A stretch of 64,000 bases of DNA from Planctomycetota bacterium (GTDB lineage: Bacteria > Planctomycetota > UBA8742 > UBA2392). Position numbers and translations under genes: made by a program. The DNA lies in contig QEVF01000003.1 of assembly GCA_003576915.1 (NCBI GenBank), positions 113,737 to 177,736 on the forward strand, written 5' to 3'. The notes below the pieces were generated by a model that was given only the letters and a program-made list of their open reading frames with translations, was not told the DNA's origin and did not search any database. Shown in pieces: positions 20,390 to 30,002 of the stretch (the first letter of the stretch is position 1; the number at the start of each line of letters is the position of its first letter).

Positions 20390-20470
20390 CAGCCTGCTCA
20401 AAATCCCCGGGACCTTTGGAGCAGCGCGGCCTGCTCCGCAAGCCTAGCCTTGCCCGCGAAAGGAGGAACC

Positions 20471-20842
20471 ATGAAAACGAAACCAAGACCCATGGTGGAG
20501 CGCAGCCCGCGCCACACGCTCAAGCACCCCGAGAAGCTGGTGGTGCTGGTGGGCCATCATGTGGTGGCCCTGGAGCCCCGCACCGGCGACGAACTCTGGC
20601 GCTCGCGGTTGCCCGGCGTGTTTGGCCAGAGCATCGGCACGCTGCTGGTCCAGGGAGACGTGGTGTACGCCGGGCTGTATGGTCGCCTTCACTGCCTGAG
20701 CCTGGAGGACGGCCGGATTCTCTGGAGTGCCGAGCTCAAGGGTCTGGGTCTGGGGCTGGTGGTGATTGGCACAGAGAATGGCCCCTCCAGCGCCCCTATG
20801 GCCCTGCAGTCCGTCGTCGCGCAGGCGGAGCTGTTGGACTGA
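20471..20842 (+). CDS. small PQQ-like beta-propeller repeat protein
   Basis: Two repeats of the type GDELWRS... and DGRILWSAE... Start taken at MKTKPRP after AGGAGG. Confidence 0.4.
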   Translation: MKTKPRPMVERSPRHTLKHPEKLVVLVGHHVVALEPRTGDELWRSRLPGVFGQSIGTLLVQGDVVYAGLYGRLHCLSLEDGRILWSAELKGLGLGLVVIGTENGPSSAPMALQSVVAQAELLD

Positions 20843-20913
20843 CGGGGGGCCCAAAGCCGGATTTGCCGCAACCTCGGGGCAGTCGGGGGGTTCTGTCTGT
20901 GACTTGAGGGAGA

Positions 20914-21773
20914 TGGAAATGAAGACTGTACTTGCGGCCCTTGTGGCGGGCTTGTTGGGAGGCGGGGCGGTGGTCGGGGCTGTGGCCTCCGGCTTGGTGC
21001 CCGTTGAGGACCTGGCCGGGCGCGATGCCAGGGTCAAAAGCGCACCAACCAGCGATCATGACATAGCCGCACTCGAGGAAGAGAACGCGCGCCTGCGCGA
21101 AACGGTCAACTCGCAGGCGAAGGATCTGTCGGAACTGAGCGGGGCCTTGAAGCAGACCCGCAACGACATGGACGCCTTGAGCAGGCGGTTGGAGGATGCG
21201 GCCACCAAGGCGGACGTGGCGAAGATTTCTGCCAGTGCGCCGGAGACGCCGGCGGCCGAAGCCGCGCCGGGCGAAAGTCCTCCGCCCGTGGCAGTAGTGC
21301 CCAGCTCCCCCGAGTATCGCGCCGCCTGGCGCGCGGAACAGGAAGCCTATGAAAAGGAGCGGCAGGAGCAGCGCCGCCTCAACATGCAGGCCGAGCGCGT
21401 GAAGCAACTTGAGGAGCAGAAGACGCTGGTAGCCAAGACCATTCCCGAGACTCTGGCCTCTCAGGCCGCCCGCCTTAACCTGAATGAAACGCAGGTCAAA
21501 GCCTGCGCCGACGCCCTGGTAGCGCATGCCCACAAGCGACTCGAAATCATGAGCGCAGTGGCTGAAAGGCGCATCAACGACGAGGAGATCGACCAGGAAG
21601 CCCTCCAGGCCCAGATAGCCGATCTCGACGCGGCAACCAAAGCGATACTGCTCGCCAGTGTTGATGAGAAGACGGCTGATTCATTGCTGCAGATGACCAA
21701 TCGTGCCGGGCGCGGCGGCAACGACGGCGGACGGGGCGGCCGAAACACGCGCCCCGGCGGTCGCGGCAACTGA
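20914..21773 (+). CDS. membrane-anchored coiled-coil protein with RGG-rich tail
   Basis: N-terminal TM MEMKTVLAALVAGLLGGGAVVGAV, a long heptad-like region, and a C-terminal GRGGNDGGRGGRNTRPGGRGN. Confidence 0.5.
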
Positions 21774-21837
21774 TGCCTTGGAGAACATAAGTCAACAAAC
21801 CGGGGGCCCCTTGGGGCCCCCGGTCGCTTGAGAGTGA

Positions 21838-23043
21838 TCAGCGCAGCTTGGGCAGGGGGTGGCTGGCCAGCCACTGCCACAGGCGCTTGGCGCAGAGGTT
21901 GCCCGAACTGACCACACCCATAAGGGTACGGGTGCTGAGGTCAGTGCAGTCACCTGCCACATAGAGACCGCCGAACATGGTTTTGCCGCCTTCGCCGTGG
22001 GCGAAGTAGCCGTTTTCCTGGGGCAGGCGCTCCAGGCCGGTGATTGGCTTGCGCGGCGCCGGGCCCAGGGCGATGACCATGGCGTCGGCGGGCAGGCATT
22101 GCTCTTCGGGAATGCCCTTTTCCTTGAAGAAGACGTACTCGAGGTATTCGCCGCCCTTGACAGCCTCGACGGTAATACCCAGCAGAATGCGCACCTTGTT
22201 GCCGATGGCGCGCTCGACCAGCAAAGGCTCGGCGGTGGGCTGCTCGGTGGGGCAGAGCAGCATGACGTTTTTGGCGTGGTGGCTCAGGAAGATGGCCGCG
22301 TGCATGGCCTCGTCTCCCGAACCGACTACGATCACGCGGCGGTCCTTGTAAATGGCGGCGTCTACCTGGGCGCCGTAACGGATGCCGCGGTTGAGGTACT
22401 TCGTGACGCCGTCGGCCGAAAGTTCACGCTGGGTGGCGCCGGTGGCCACGATTACGGCGCGTGCCCAGAAGTTGCCCTGCGTGGTCTGCACGAGCTTGAG
22501 GGCGCCTTCGATGCGGATGTTGTTGACCTTGCCCTTCATCAGTACGGCGCCCACATGGCGCGCGTGGTTGGCAAAGTTCTCGGCCACGTCTGCGCCGCTG
22601 ATGGGCTCGTCGTAGCCGACGCCGAAGTATTCGTCAACGTCCGTCAGGTTCAGCAGGTGGCCGCCGGGGGCGTTTTCGTCAATGCCCAGCACGCTCATAC
22701 CGCCGAGCCTCGCGCCGTGGCAGGCTGCCAGGCCGGCGGGACCCAGCCCGACGACGATGACGTCAAAGCAGGTGCGTCCGCGCGAGGCGAGAGACTCGAC
22801 GTCAAAGCGCACACGGGCCGCCTCCAGCAGCTCTTCTTCGGTGGGTTCCGGAAGCCACCTGTCTTCGATGTAAAAGACCGGGGCGACCGGCGCGCCGCAG
22901 AGCTTGCGGATGAAGGCATTGGTCTCGACGTCGCGAGAGATGTCCTTCTCGGTCCACGAAAGGTGATGCTTTTCAAGGACGCGCTTGGCGGCTTTGCTCG
23001 CCTCCGAGCCGTCTGAAAACATGACAATCTTAGCCACTGGCAT
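21838..23043 (-). CDS. thioredoxin-reductase-like FAD/NAD(P) oxidoreductase with N-terminal glutaredoxin-like domain (redox Cys motifs degenerate)
   Basis: FAD motif VIVVGLGPAGLAAC, a second Rossmann RVIVVGSGDEAM, and GLYVAGDC. The CATC position reads YGAQ. The N-terminal Grx-like fold lacks CxxC. Confidence 0.7.
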   Translation of the reverse strand: MPVAKIVMFSDGSEASKAAKRVLEKHHLSWTEKDISRDVETNAFIRKLCGAPVAPVFYIEDRWLPEPTEEELLEAARVRFDVESLASRGRTCFDVIVVGLGPAGLAACHGARLGGMSVLGIDENAPGGHLLNLTDVDEYFGVGYDEPISGADVAENFANHARHVGAVLMKGKVNNIRIEGALKLVQTTQGNFWARAVIVATGATQRELSADGVTKYLNRGIRYGAQVDAAIYKDRRVIVVGSGDEAMHAAIFLSHHAKNVMLLCPTEQPTAEPLLVERAIGNKVRILLGITVEAVKGGEYLEYVFFKEKGIPEEQCLPADAMVIALGPAPRKPITGLERLPQENGYFAHGEGGKTMFGGLYVAGDCTDLSTRTLMGVVSSGNLCAKRLWQWLASHPLPKLR

Positions 23044-23170
23044 AGGCCGAACGCCGCTGGGTTGAGTGTAAAGGGCAGGTTATCGCTATTTTCGGCTTTG
23101 GGTTCAACGGGCAATTGTGGAACCTGTAACACGCGAAGAATTTATGACGCCACGGTTAGATTTGGCGTGA

Positions 23171-23211
23171 TTTTAAAACGCCGACGGCGCGAGGTGCTCC
23201 CCGCGCCGTCG
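23171..23211 (-). terminator. Rho-independent terminator of the giant flagellin gene
   Basis: 10-bp perfect stem cgacggcgcg/cgcgccgtcg. On the minus strand it is followed by GCGUUUUAAAA, directly downstream of the flagellin stop. Confidence 0.65.
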
Positions 23212-23232
23212 AGACAGACTTGAACTGCCGGT

Positions 23233-26103
23233 TTAGCGCACGCCCTGCAGCAGGCTGAGCACAGCCTGGGGGATGCTGTTGGCCGCCGAGAGCACGCTGG
23301 TGCTGGCCTGGAACAGGATCTGGGCCTTGGTGAACGCGCTGGTTTCGGCCGCGAAGTCCAGGTCGCGGATGAAGCTTTGCGCCCCGGACAGATTCTCCAC
23401 GGCCACACCCACGCTGTTGAGGTTGCGCTGCAGCGTATCGCTGGAGACTGAACCCAGGTAGCTGCGCAGGCCGGTCACCTGGTCGATGGCGCGGTCCACG
23501 ATCTCGAGCGCGTTGGCGGCGTTGGTGCTCAGGTCATTGCCTGCGCCCGTACGCAGCGTGTTCAGAGAGCCGCCGGGATAACCGCCGGCCTCCAGGCTTT
23601 CCGGCGTGATCTTGGCCCCGAGCGTGCCCGTGCTGATCTGACGGATGCCCACCATCAGGCTGTCCACGGCGCTGTTCGTCTCGCGCAGCTGGAAGCGCAT
23701 GCCACTGATGTCCTGCGGGCCGCCGCTGTAGCTCTGGCGCACGGCAAAGCTCACGCTGTCCAGGTAGCCGTTGGGCAGGCGGGACTGCGCGTACTGCGGC
23801 GTCAGCGCCGAGGCACCGCTGATGCTGGCATTCTGGGCAAAACCAAAGCGCGCCGCGTCGTTGCGCGTGCCGGCGCTGCCGGCCGCCCCGAAGCTCTGGG
23901 CGAGCGAGAACTTGACGTCGAGGGGGCCAGTGACGAAGTTGACGTCCCAGCCGCGTCCCTGGAAGGCCATGCCGCTGATGTTGCCTTTCACGTCGCTGCC
24001 CACGGCCTGAATGCGTGAGCCCGCCACGCCCGTGACCGTGTTGGTCGTGCCGGCCAGAGCGCCGAGTCCGCTGCGCCCGTCGCCGGTGGCGGCCAGCCCG
24101 CCCTGAAGGGCCGACTTCAGGCCCACACCCGAGGTCGGCGCCGTGACATCCTCAAGGCTGATGATCTGGTCGGAACCGAATTCCGTGCTGAACAGCGCCA
24201 GGCGCTCGAAGTTGCTGGTGCTGGCGCTGTTGGCGCGGCCGAACACGGCGTGCATGTCCGTATCGGAGCCGACGCTGTCCTCGTTGATGGTGAAGGTGCC
24301 GCCGAAGCGATCCACGATGCTGAGGCCGCCCTTGGCATCGAAGTAGGCCTGATAGCGCGTGCGCAGGTCGTCCTGGCCCACGGCGTCGTTGGAGGCGGCG
24401 TTGAGGGCCGTCTGGATGTCCGAAAGCGTGATGAAGCCTGAGGGGCCCGCCGCCACGCTGATGGTCGAAACGCCGCTGGAATCACGGATCTCGAAGTCGA
24501 GCGTGCCGCCGGACACCACGGCGGGCGGAATGGCCAGCGAGCCGCTGTCGGTCACAAAGCCCTTGGGAACGGCGAAGTTGATGAAGCTGACGGGCTCATC
24601 CTTCGAAGCGCCGGATTCGCCCGTGATGCCAAGCTTGCCAAGGTCGCCCGTGTAGCGCGTAACGTCGCGCGAGCCGTTGAGCGCGGCCTGCGTGACGTCG
24701 TCGTCGCCGCCCTGGTTGGTGATGCCCACCGCGGTGCCCGCGGCGCCCAGGGTGCTGCCCGTCATGTCAATGACGACCAGGTTGCCGTTGGCGTCGGTCT
24801 GTACGGCCGCATTGCCGCCAAAGGCCGCCATGCTGCGCACCGCCGCGACCATGGCCGCGATGTCGGCGGGGTTGTCCACGCCCAGGCCGCCGGTGTTGGC
24901 AAAGGAAAGCTCTTCATCGCCCGCGGTGATGGTGCCGTCGCCGTCCACATCAAAGCCGATGGCCGTGCCGTCGCCGAAGGTGGCCGAAGCCGAGCCGCCC
25001 TCGTTGGCCGTGAACATGGAGGCGATCTGGTCGGCACTGAGGGTGAAGGTGCGTACGTTCTGGGCTCCGCTGAACTTGAAGTTCGAGGCGGCGTTGCGGA
25101 TGACGAGGTCGCCGTCGCGGTTGTAGACCTCGAAGTTGGGATCCACGGCCGTCAGGGCCGCCTGGAGTTCCGCCTCGCTGATGACCGAGTCAGCTCCGCT
25201 GTTGATCACGATGTTCCGCGCGGGAGCCGAGCCCACCTGCAGGTTGAACACCATGTCCTGGCCGTTGCCGTTGAGCTGAATGCCCGAGCCCTTGCCCTTG
25301 AGCACGAACTCGGCCGAGCCGCTGTCCAGCGCCATGGGGCGGTAGCCCGCGGCGTAGACGCCGGTGGCCGAACTGTTCTGGTTGATGGCGGCAATCAGGT
25401 CGCCCACGGTGCTGCCGGCGCCCAACAGCAGGTCTTCGCTGCCCTTGGAGCCGCGCACGCGCAGTGTGACGAAGTCGGCCGCGTTGCCGCCGGGGCGCAC
25501 TTCCGTCAGCGTCTGCGTCGAGTCGAAGGCCTGGTTGGTCACAATCGTGGCGCGCTCGGCCATCTGGCCGATGTTCACGTCGAACTTCTGGACCTCGGCG
25601 CCGGGAGCCAGGCGCACGCTGCGCACGTCGAGTTCGTCAAAGGCGCCGGTCTGAGCCTTTTCCACAAGAAAGGCGCTGTCACCGTTGAGCAGGCCCCGCT
25701 TGCCAAAGCGCGTGCTCTGGGCGATGCGGTCGATGGCGACCAGAGACTGGTTGAGTTTGTCCTGCTCCGCCGCGATCTGCTCGCCGGAGGCAAAGCCCGT
25801 GTTCAGGGCGAACACCACGCTCGAACGCATGTTCACCAGCACATCGCTGATTTCCTGGAGCGCGGCTTCGGCGGTATTGATGATGTTGATGTCGTTCTGG
25901 GTGTTCTCCAGCGCGCGGTTCAGGCTTCCGATCTGGGCGCGCAGCTTTTCGGAGATGACCAGCCCCGAAGGGTCGTCGGAGGCGCGGTTGATGCGCAGGC
26001 CGGTGCTGAGGCGCTCGAGAGACGCCTGTTGCATCTGGTCGTTGCGCTTGAGATTCGTCAGAGCGCTGAGCGAGCTGATATTGTTGTTGACGCGAAGACC
26101 CAT
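23233..26103 (-). CDS. fliC: giant flagellin (~956 aa) with conserved N/C terminal D0/D1 regions and a very large central variable domain
   Basis: N-terminus MGLRVNNNISSLSALTNLKRNDQMQQASLERLSTGLRINRASDDPSG. C-terminus TKAQILFQASTSVLSAANSIPQAVLSLLQ. ATG located at 26101-26103. Confidence 0.85.
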   Translation of the reverse strand: MGLRVNNNISSLSALTNLKRNDQMQQASLERLSTGLRINRASDDPSGLVISEKLRAQIGSLNRALENTQNDINIINTAEAALQEISDVLVNMRSSVVFALNTGFASGEQIAAEQDKLNQSLVAIDRIAQSTRFGKRGLLNGDSAFLVEKAQTGAFDELDVRSVRLAPGAEVQKFDVNIGQMAERATIVTNQAFDSTQTLTEVRPGGNAADFVTLRVRGSKGSEDLLLGAGSTVGDLIAAINQNSSATGVYAAGYRPMALDSGSAEFVLKGKGSGIQLNGNGQDMVFNLQVGSAPARNIVINSGADSVISEAELQAALTAVDPNFEVYNRDGDLVIRNAASNFKFSGAQNVRTFTLSADQIASMFTANEGGSASATFGDGTAIGFDVDGDGTITAGDEELSFANTGGLGVDNPADIAAMVAAVRSMAAFGGNAAVQTDANGNLVVIDMTGSTLGAAGTAVGITNQGGDDDVTQAALNGSRDVTRYTGDLGKLGITGESGASKDEPVSFINFAVPKGFVTDSGSLAIPPAVVSGGTLDFEIRDSSGVSTISVAAGPSGFITLSDIQTALNAASNDAVGQDDLRTRYQAYFDAKGGLSIVDRFGGTFTINEDSVGSDTDMHAVFGRANSASTSNFERLALFSTEFGSDQIISLEDVTAPTSGVGLKSALQGGLAATGDGRSGLGALAGTTNTVTGVAGSRIQAVGSDVKGNISGMAFQGRGWDVNFVTGPLDVKFSLAQSFGAAGSAGTRNDAARFGFAQNASISGASALTPQYAQSRLPNGYLDSVSFAVRQSYSGGPQDISGMRFQLRETNSAVDSLMVGIRQISTGTLGAKITPESLEAGGYPGGSLNTLRTGAGNDLSTNAANALEIVDRAIDQVTGLRSYLGSVSSDTLQRNLNSVGVAVENLSGAQSFIRDLDFAAETSAFTKAQILFQASTSVLSAANSIPQAVLSLLQGVR

Positions 26104-26197
26104 GACATCCTCCGTGATGGTCGGGCAGAAGCCCAAAATGGGCAGGCATCCGTGCCTGCCTCTGAGCCCGCAACGCGGGCGCAGCATGACGTGTCTG

Positions 26198-26232
26198 GTC
26201 CTGTATCGACATAAAGGCGAGGGTGGCTTGAG
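26198..26232 (-). promoter_or_regulatory. sigma-28 (FliA)-like promoter candidate upstream of flagellin
   Basis: Minus strand reads TCAAG-N16-GTCGATAC, versus consensus TAAA-N15-GCCGATAA, about 95 nt upstream of the flagellin ATG. Confidence 0.35.
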
Positions 26233-26306
26233 GATTTTTCTGTTTTTCTTCCACGCGCCTGCCTGCCCCTTCGCGACGTCCCTTCGCCAACCTATTTTGG
26301 CGCCCC

Positions 26307-27704
26307 ATGCTGCCCTTGCGCCTGCAGACGCTCGACTTTCCCTTGCCCGGCGGCTGGCAGCAGGCCCTGGCCCACGGACTGGCCCAGCCCCACGCCTGTA
26401 TTTTGGACACGGCCCTGCAAGCAGAGCCGGGTGACCAGAGCGTCATCGCATTTGCCCCCGCCATGTGGTTCTCGGCCACGGGCCAGAGCGTGACCTTTCA
26501 GCGGGCGCGCCACGGCTCGCGCCTTGAAGGCGACCCCATTGACCTGTTTGCCTGTGTCGTCCGGCACGCCCAGGAGGAGATGTCCCTGCGCTCGCCCCTG
26601 AAACCGGGTTTCTGCGGAGGCTGGATGGGACTATGGGGCTATGACCTGCGCTGCTTCATCGAGCGCCTGCCCTGGCCCAAGCCCCAGGGCCCGCTCTTTC
26701 CTGATCTGGCGGCGGGCTTCTACCCGTGGTGCCTGCGCCTCGATCACGCCACAGAGCGCTGCGAACTGCGGCTGCTGACCGGAGTCCCGGGCGGGCCTGG
26801 CAGTGTGCATGAGCTGGCCGAAGAACTCACGCGCCTGTTTCAGCGGCCGGCGCCCGCGTCCGCGGCTTGCCGCCTGGGCCCGCCATGCCTGCACACCGGC
26901 CGCGATGCCTGGCTGGAGCAGGTGCGCGAGGTCAAGCGCCACATCTTCGAGGGCGACATCTATCAGGCCAACCTCACGCGCATGATCTCCCGCGAGGGAG
27001 AGCTTGACACGTCAACGCTCTACGCCGCGCTTCGCCGCCTCAACGCCGCGCCCTTTGGAGGCTATCTGGACTGCGGCTTGGGACGAAGAGTCCTTTCCAG
27101 CTCTCCCGAGCAGTTCCTCACGCTGGCTGACGGCCTGCTGGAAACGCGGCCGATCAAGGGCACGCGTGCGCGTGGTGCGGATGCCGCGCAGGACGCGGCC
27201 CTGAAGGCCGAACTACTGTCCAGCGAGAAGGACCGCGCAGAACTGACCATGATCGTGGACCTCGAACGCAACGACCTGGGACGCATCAGCGAGCCCGGCA
27301 GCGTGCGGGTGCCAAAGCTGGCGGCCTGCCACAGCTACGCTCGGGTTCACCACTTGGAGGCCACAGTGCAGGGCCGCCTGCGCGCCGGCCTTGACATCGG
27401 CCAGATCCTGCGCGCTACCTTTCCCGGCGGCAGCATTTCCGGCGCGCCCAAGAAGCGCGCCCTTGAAGTCATCCATGAGCTTGAGCCCGTGCGCCGCGGC
27501 CCCTACACCGGCAGCCTCTTTGCCCTCGGCCTGGACGGCAGCCTGACCAGCAACATCCTCATCCGCACGCTGCTGCAGGAGCCCGGCCGAGTGAGCTATC
27601 ACGTCGGGGGCGGCATCACCGCCGAAAGCGACCCGCAGGCAGAGTGGGACGAAACTCTGGCCAAGGCCGACGCCCTGGAGCGTGCTCTGGAGGCGTCGTG
27701 CTAG
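26307..27704 (+). CDS. pabB: chorismate-utilising enzyme, aminodeoxychorismate/anthranilate synthase component I family
   Basis: Motifs DLERNDLGRI, FPGGSISGAPKKRALEVIHELEP and RGPYTGSLF. Confidence 0.85.
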   Translation: MLPLRLQTLDFPLPGGWQQALAHGLAQPHACILDTALQAEPGDQSVIAFAPAMWFSATGQSVTFQRARHGSRLEGDPIDLFACVVRHAQEEMSLRSPLKPGFCGGWMGLWGYDLRCFIERLPWPKPQGPLFPDLAAGFYPWCLRLDHATERCELRLLTGVPGGPGSVHELAEELTRLFQRPAPASAACRLGPPCLHTGRDAWLEQVREVKRHIFEGDIYQANLTRMISREGELDTSTLYAALRRLNAAPFGGYLDCGLGRRVLSSSPEQFLTLADGLLETRPIKGTRARGADAAQDAALKAELLSSEKDRAELTMIVDLERNDLGRISEPGSVRVPKLAACHSYARVHHLEATVQGRLRAGLDIGQILRATFPGGSISGAPKKRALEVIHELEPVRRGPYTGSLFALGLDGSLTSNILIRTLLQEPGRVSYHVGGGITAESDPQAEWDETLAKADALERALEASC

Positions 27705-27736
27705 GGGGCCTGCGCAACTATCTGGCCCATGTCGGC

Positions 27737-29008
27737 ATGTTCTCCAGGAACATCTGGCTGTTCCTGCTGGCCGCGCTTTTGATGGGCATCGGGCGCCAGA
27801 TTTTCCAGGTGCTGCGCAACCAGTATCTCAACGCGCTGCAACTCAGCGGCAGCGACCTCACCAGCGTGCAGGGCCTCAACTCCCTGGGCACGCTGGTGAT
27901 TGCCCTGCCCGCCATCGTCATCATCGGCCGACGTTCGGCGCGCTCCCTGCTGGCCGTTGTCGCGTTGGTCAACGCGGGGGCCTACGCCGCGCAGGCCCTG
28001 TTCGGCAATCTGGATTTATTCCGTGCTTCGGCCTTCTGCGCGGGCCTGGCCATGGGACTGAACGTGGCCCTCGGCGCGCCCTTTCTGGTGCGCAACACGG
28101 GGCTGTCCGAGCGGGTTTTCGCCTTCTCCATCCAGAGCGCCGTGAGCTGGCCGCTTTCGGGATTCGTGGGCAGTTGGCTTTCGGGATGGCTTCAGAGTTC
28201 AGCGCAGGCCTGGGCCGGCCAGGGCGTACGCTTCATGGGCGAGACCGTGGCTCCCGATCTGTTCGGCTATCGTTTTGCGCTGCTGGTCGGCGCGGCCATC
28301 GTGCTGCTGGGGCTTGTGCCGGTGGCCTTCATCCGCGAGGACAAGCCTGAAGGCGCCGGCAAGAGCATCAAGGCTTTGCTCACGGTCCATAATCGCGGGC
28401 GCCTGTTTCTGCTGGGTCTGCCGGAGATGATCATCGGCTTTGGCGCGGGCCTGACCGTGCCCTTCTTCAACGTCTACTTTCAGAACGAGTGGAGTCTGGG
28501 GCCCCGCGAAATCGCGCCCATCTTCTCCCTCATGTTTCTGGTGCTGGTGGTGAGCTACCTGCTGGCGCCGCCCCTGATCAAGCGATTTGGACCCGTCAAA
28601 GTCATTCTTCTGAGCCAGGTCCTGAGTCTGCCGTTCTTTGTCGAGCTGGCCCTGGGCAACTTCCTGTGGGCGGCCATCGTCGCCTTCATCATGCGCCAGA
28701 CTCTCATGAACCTCAGCGACCCCGTCTATCGCCAGTTTGCGCAGGAGGTGGCAGACCCCCGCGACCGCAATTCCGTGGCCGTGGTCGTGCATACGTCGCG
28801 CCAGCTTTTCTTCGTCGTGGCCAACTTCGCCAGCGGCTACCTGATCGATGCCGCCGGCGGGCGCTTCACCTGGGTCATTGTCACCACCATCGGGCTCTAT
28901 GTCGTGGCCATTGCCTCGGAGCTGATCATCCTGCCGCGTCTGGACCGGGCGCGGCGCTACAACACCCTGGCGCTGGAGCGCAGGCAGGCCGTCGCGCCCG
29001 AGGGCTGA
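27737..29008 (+). CDS. MFS transporter
   Basis: About 12 predicted TM helices with MFS-like loop motifs. Start at ATG 27737 (MFSRNIW...). Confidence 0.7.
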   Translation: MFSRNIWLFLLAALLMGIGRQIFQVLRNQYLNALQLSGSDLTSVQGLNSLGTLVIALPAIVIIGRRSARSLLAVVALVNAGAYAAQALFGNLDLFRASAFCAGLAMGLNVALGAPFLVRNTGLSERVFAFSIQSAVSWPLSGFVGSWLSGWLQSSAQAWAGQGVRFMGETVAPDLFGYRFALLVGAAIVLLGLVPVAFIREDKPEGAGKSIKALLTVHNRGRLFLLGLPEMIIGFGAGLTVPFFNVYFQNEWSLGPREIAPIFSLMFLVLVVSYLLAPPLIKRFGPVKVILLSQVLSLPFFVELALGNFLWAAIVAFIMRQTLMNLSDPVYRQFAQEVADPRDRNSVAVVVHTSRQLFFVVANFASGYLIDAAGGRFTWVIVTTIGLYVVAIASELIILPRLDRARRYNTLALERRQAVAPEG

Positions 29009-29144
29009 GTGGCTTGTTGCCCCGGTGAAGCCCCTTTATGATGGCGCCAGTGGGTTGTCCGAGCCGCCCCATGAACATGGGCAGGGGCGCCTCGGACTCC
29101 TCATGGGCCGCGAATCGTAGTCGCGCTTGCATGAAGGAGGCGTT

Positions 29145-29966
29145 GTGTCTGATGCCATGTCCGGGTCTGATGGATCCTTGCAGTCGGTGCCGGACGCCGG
29201 AGCGTTCAACGGCAGCGACGCCGAGCGCATGGAGCGATGCTCGCGCGTGCTGGGGTTCAGGCTCACCAACTTCGAGAATCTCCGCATTGCGCTGACGCAT
29301 TCCAGCGCCAAATCCGACGACAACCCCAGCAACGAGCGCATGGAGTTTCTGGGCGACGCCGTGCTGGGCCTGATCGTCAGTGAAAAGCTGTTCCGCGAAC
29401 ATCCCGATTACCCTGAGGGTGAGCTGACCCGCGTCAAGAGCGTGGCCGTTTCCCGCGAAGTTCTGGCCCAGCGCTGCCGCGAGCTTGGCCTTCATGAACT
29501 GATGTATCTCGGCAAGGGCATACGCCGCGACGGCCGCGCCAAGCTGCCCGTCAGCGTGCTGGCCAACCTGTATGAATCCGTGCTCTGCGCGTTGTACATG
29601 GAAGGGGGGCTGGGGGCTGCCCGCGAGTTTGTCGAGCGCGACCTGGGGCCCGTGATCCGCAGCGTGACCTCTCACCAGTTTCAGCAGAACTACAAGAGCG
29701 CCCTGCAGCACCTGGTGCAGGGCCACAACGAACGCGCGCCCATCTATCGCGTGCAGGGCGAGTTTGGCCCTGATCACTCCAAGGAGTTCCACGTGATGGT
29801 GAAAATCGGCGAGCGTGCGTTTGGCCCCGGCATTGGCCGCAACAAGAAGGAAGCCGAGCAGCGGGCCGCCAAGATCGCCCTGGCCGAGCTTCTGGCCCAG
29901 TGGGAGACCTTCGAAGAGGGTGATGACCTGCTGGACATTCCCACGGAATTTGAGGACGACGAATAG
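29145..29966 (+). CDS. rnc: ribonuclease III
   Basis: GTG at 29145 lies 4 nt after GAAGGAGG. Signature ERMEFLGDAVLGLIVSEKLF. C-terminal dsRBD (KSALQHL...GPDHSKEFHV...NKKEAEQRAAKIAL). Acidic tail. Confidence 0.9.
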   Translation: MSDAMSGSDGSLQSVPDAGAFNGSDAERMERCSRVLGFRLTNFENLRIALTHSSAKSDDNPSNERMEFLGDAVLGLIVSEKLFREHPDYPEGELTRVKSVAVSREVLAQRCRELGLHELMYLGKGIRRDGRAKLPVSVLANLYESVLCALYMEGGLGAAREFVERDLGPVIRSVTSHQFQQNYKSALQHLVQGHNERAPIYRVQGEFGPDHSKEFHVMVKIGERAFGPGIGRNKKEAEQRAAKIALAELLAQWETFEEGDDLLDIPTEFEDDE

Positions 29967-30002
29967 CCGTCAGGCCTTCGAAGGAACAGGAACTCAGGCT
30001 CA

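Noticed and set aside
19289-20401. 370-aa minus-strand ORF
   Set aside because: Antisense to tssM.
20418-20437. ggagcag-cgcggc-ctgctcc hairpin after tssM
   Set aside because: It is a 7-bp stem with no U-tract. It is possibly a weak or Rho-dependent terminator, but there is not enough evidence to call it.
21859-23016. 385-aa + strand ORF
   Set aside because: Antisense to the TrxB-like gene. The minus-strand frame carries the FAD-binding GxGxxG and is the real gene.
28926-29792. 288-aa minus-strand ORF
   Set aside because: Antisense to rnc. The + frame carries the RNase III signature ERMEFLGDA and a dsRBD.
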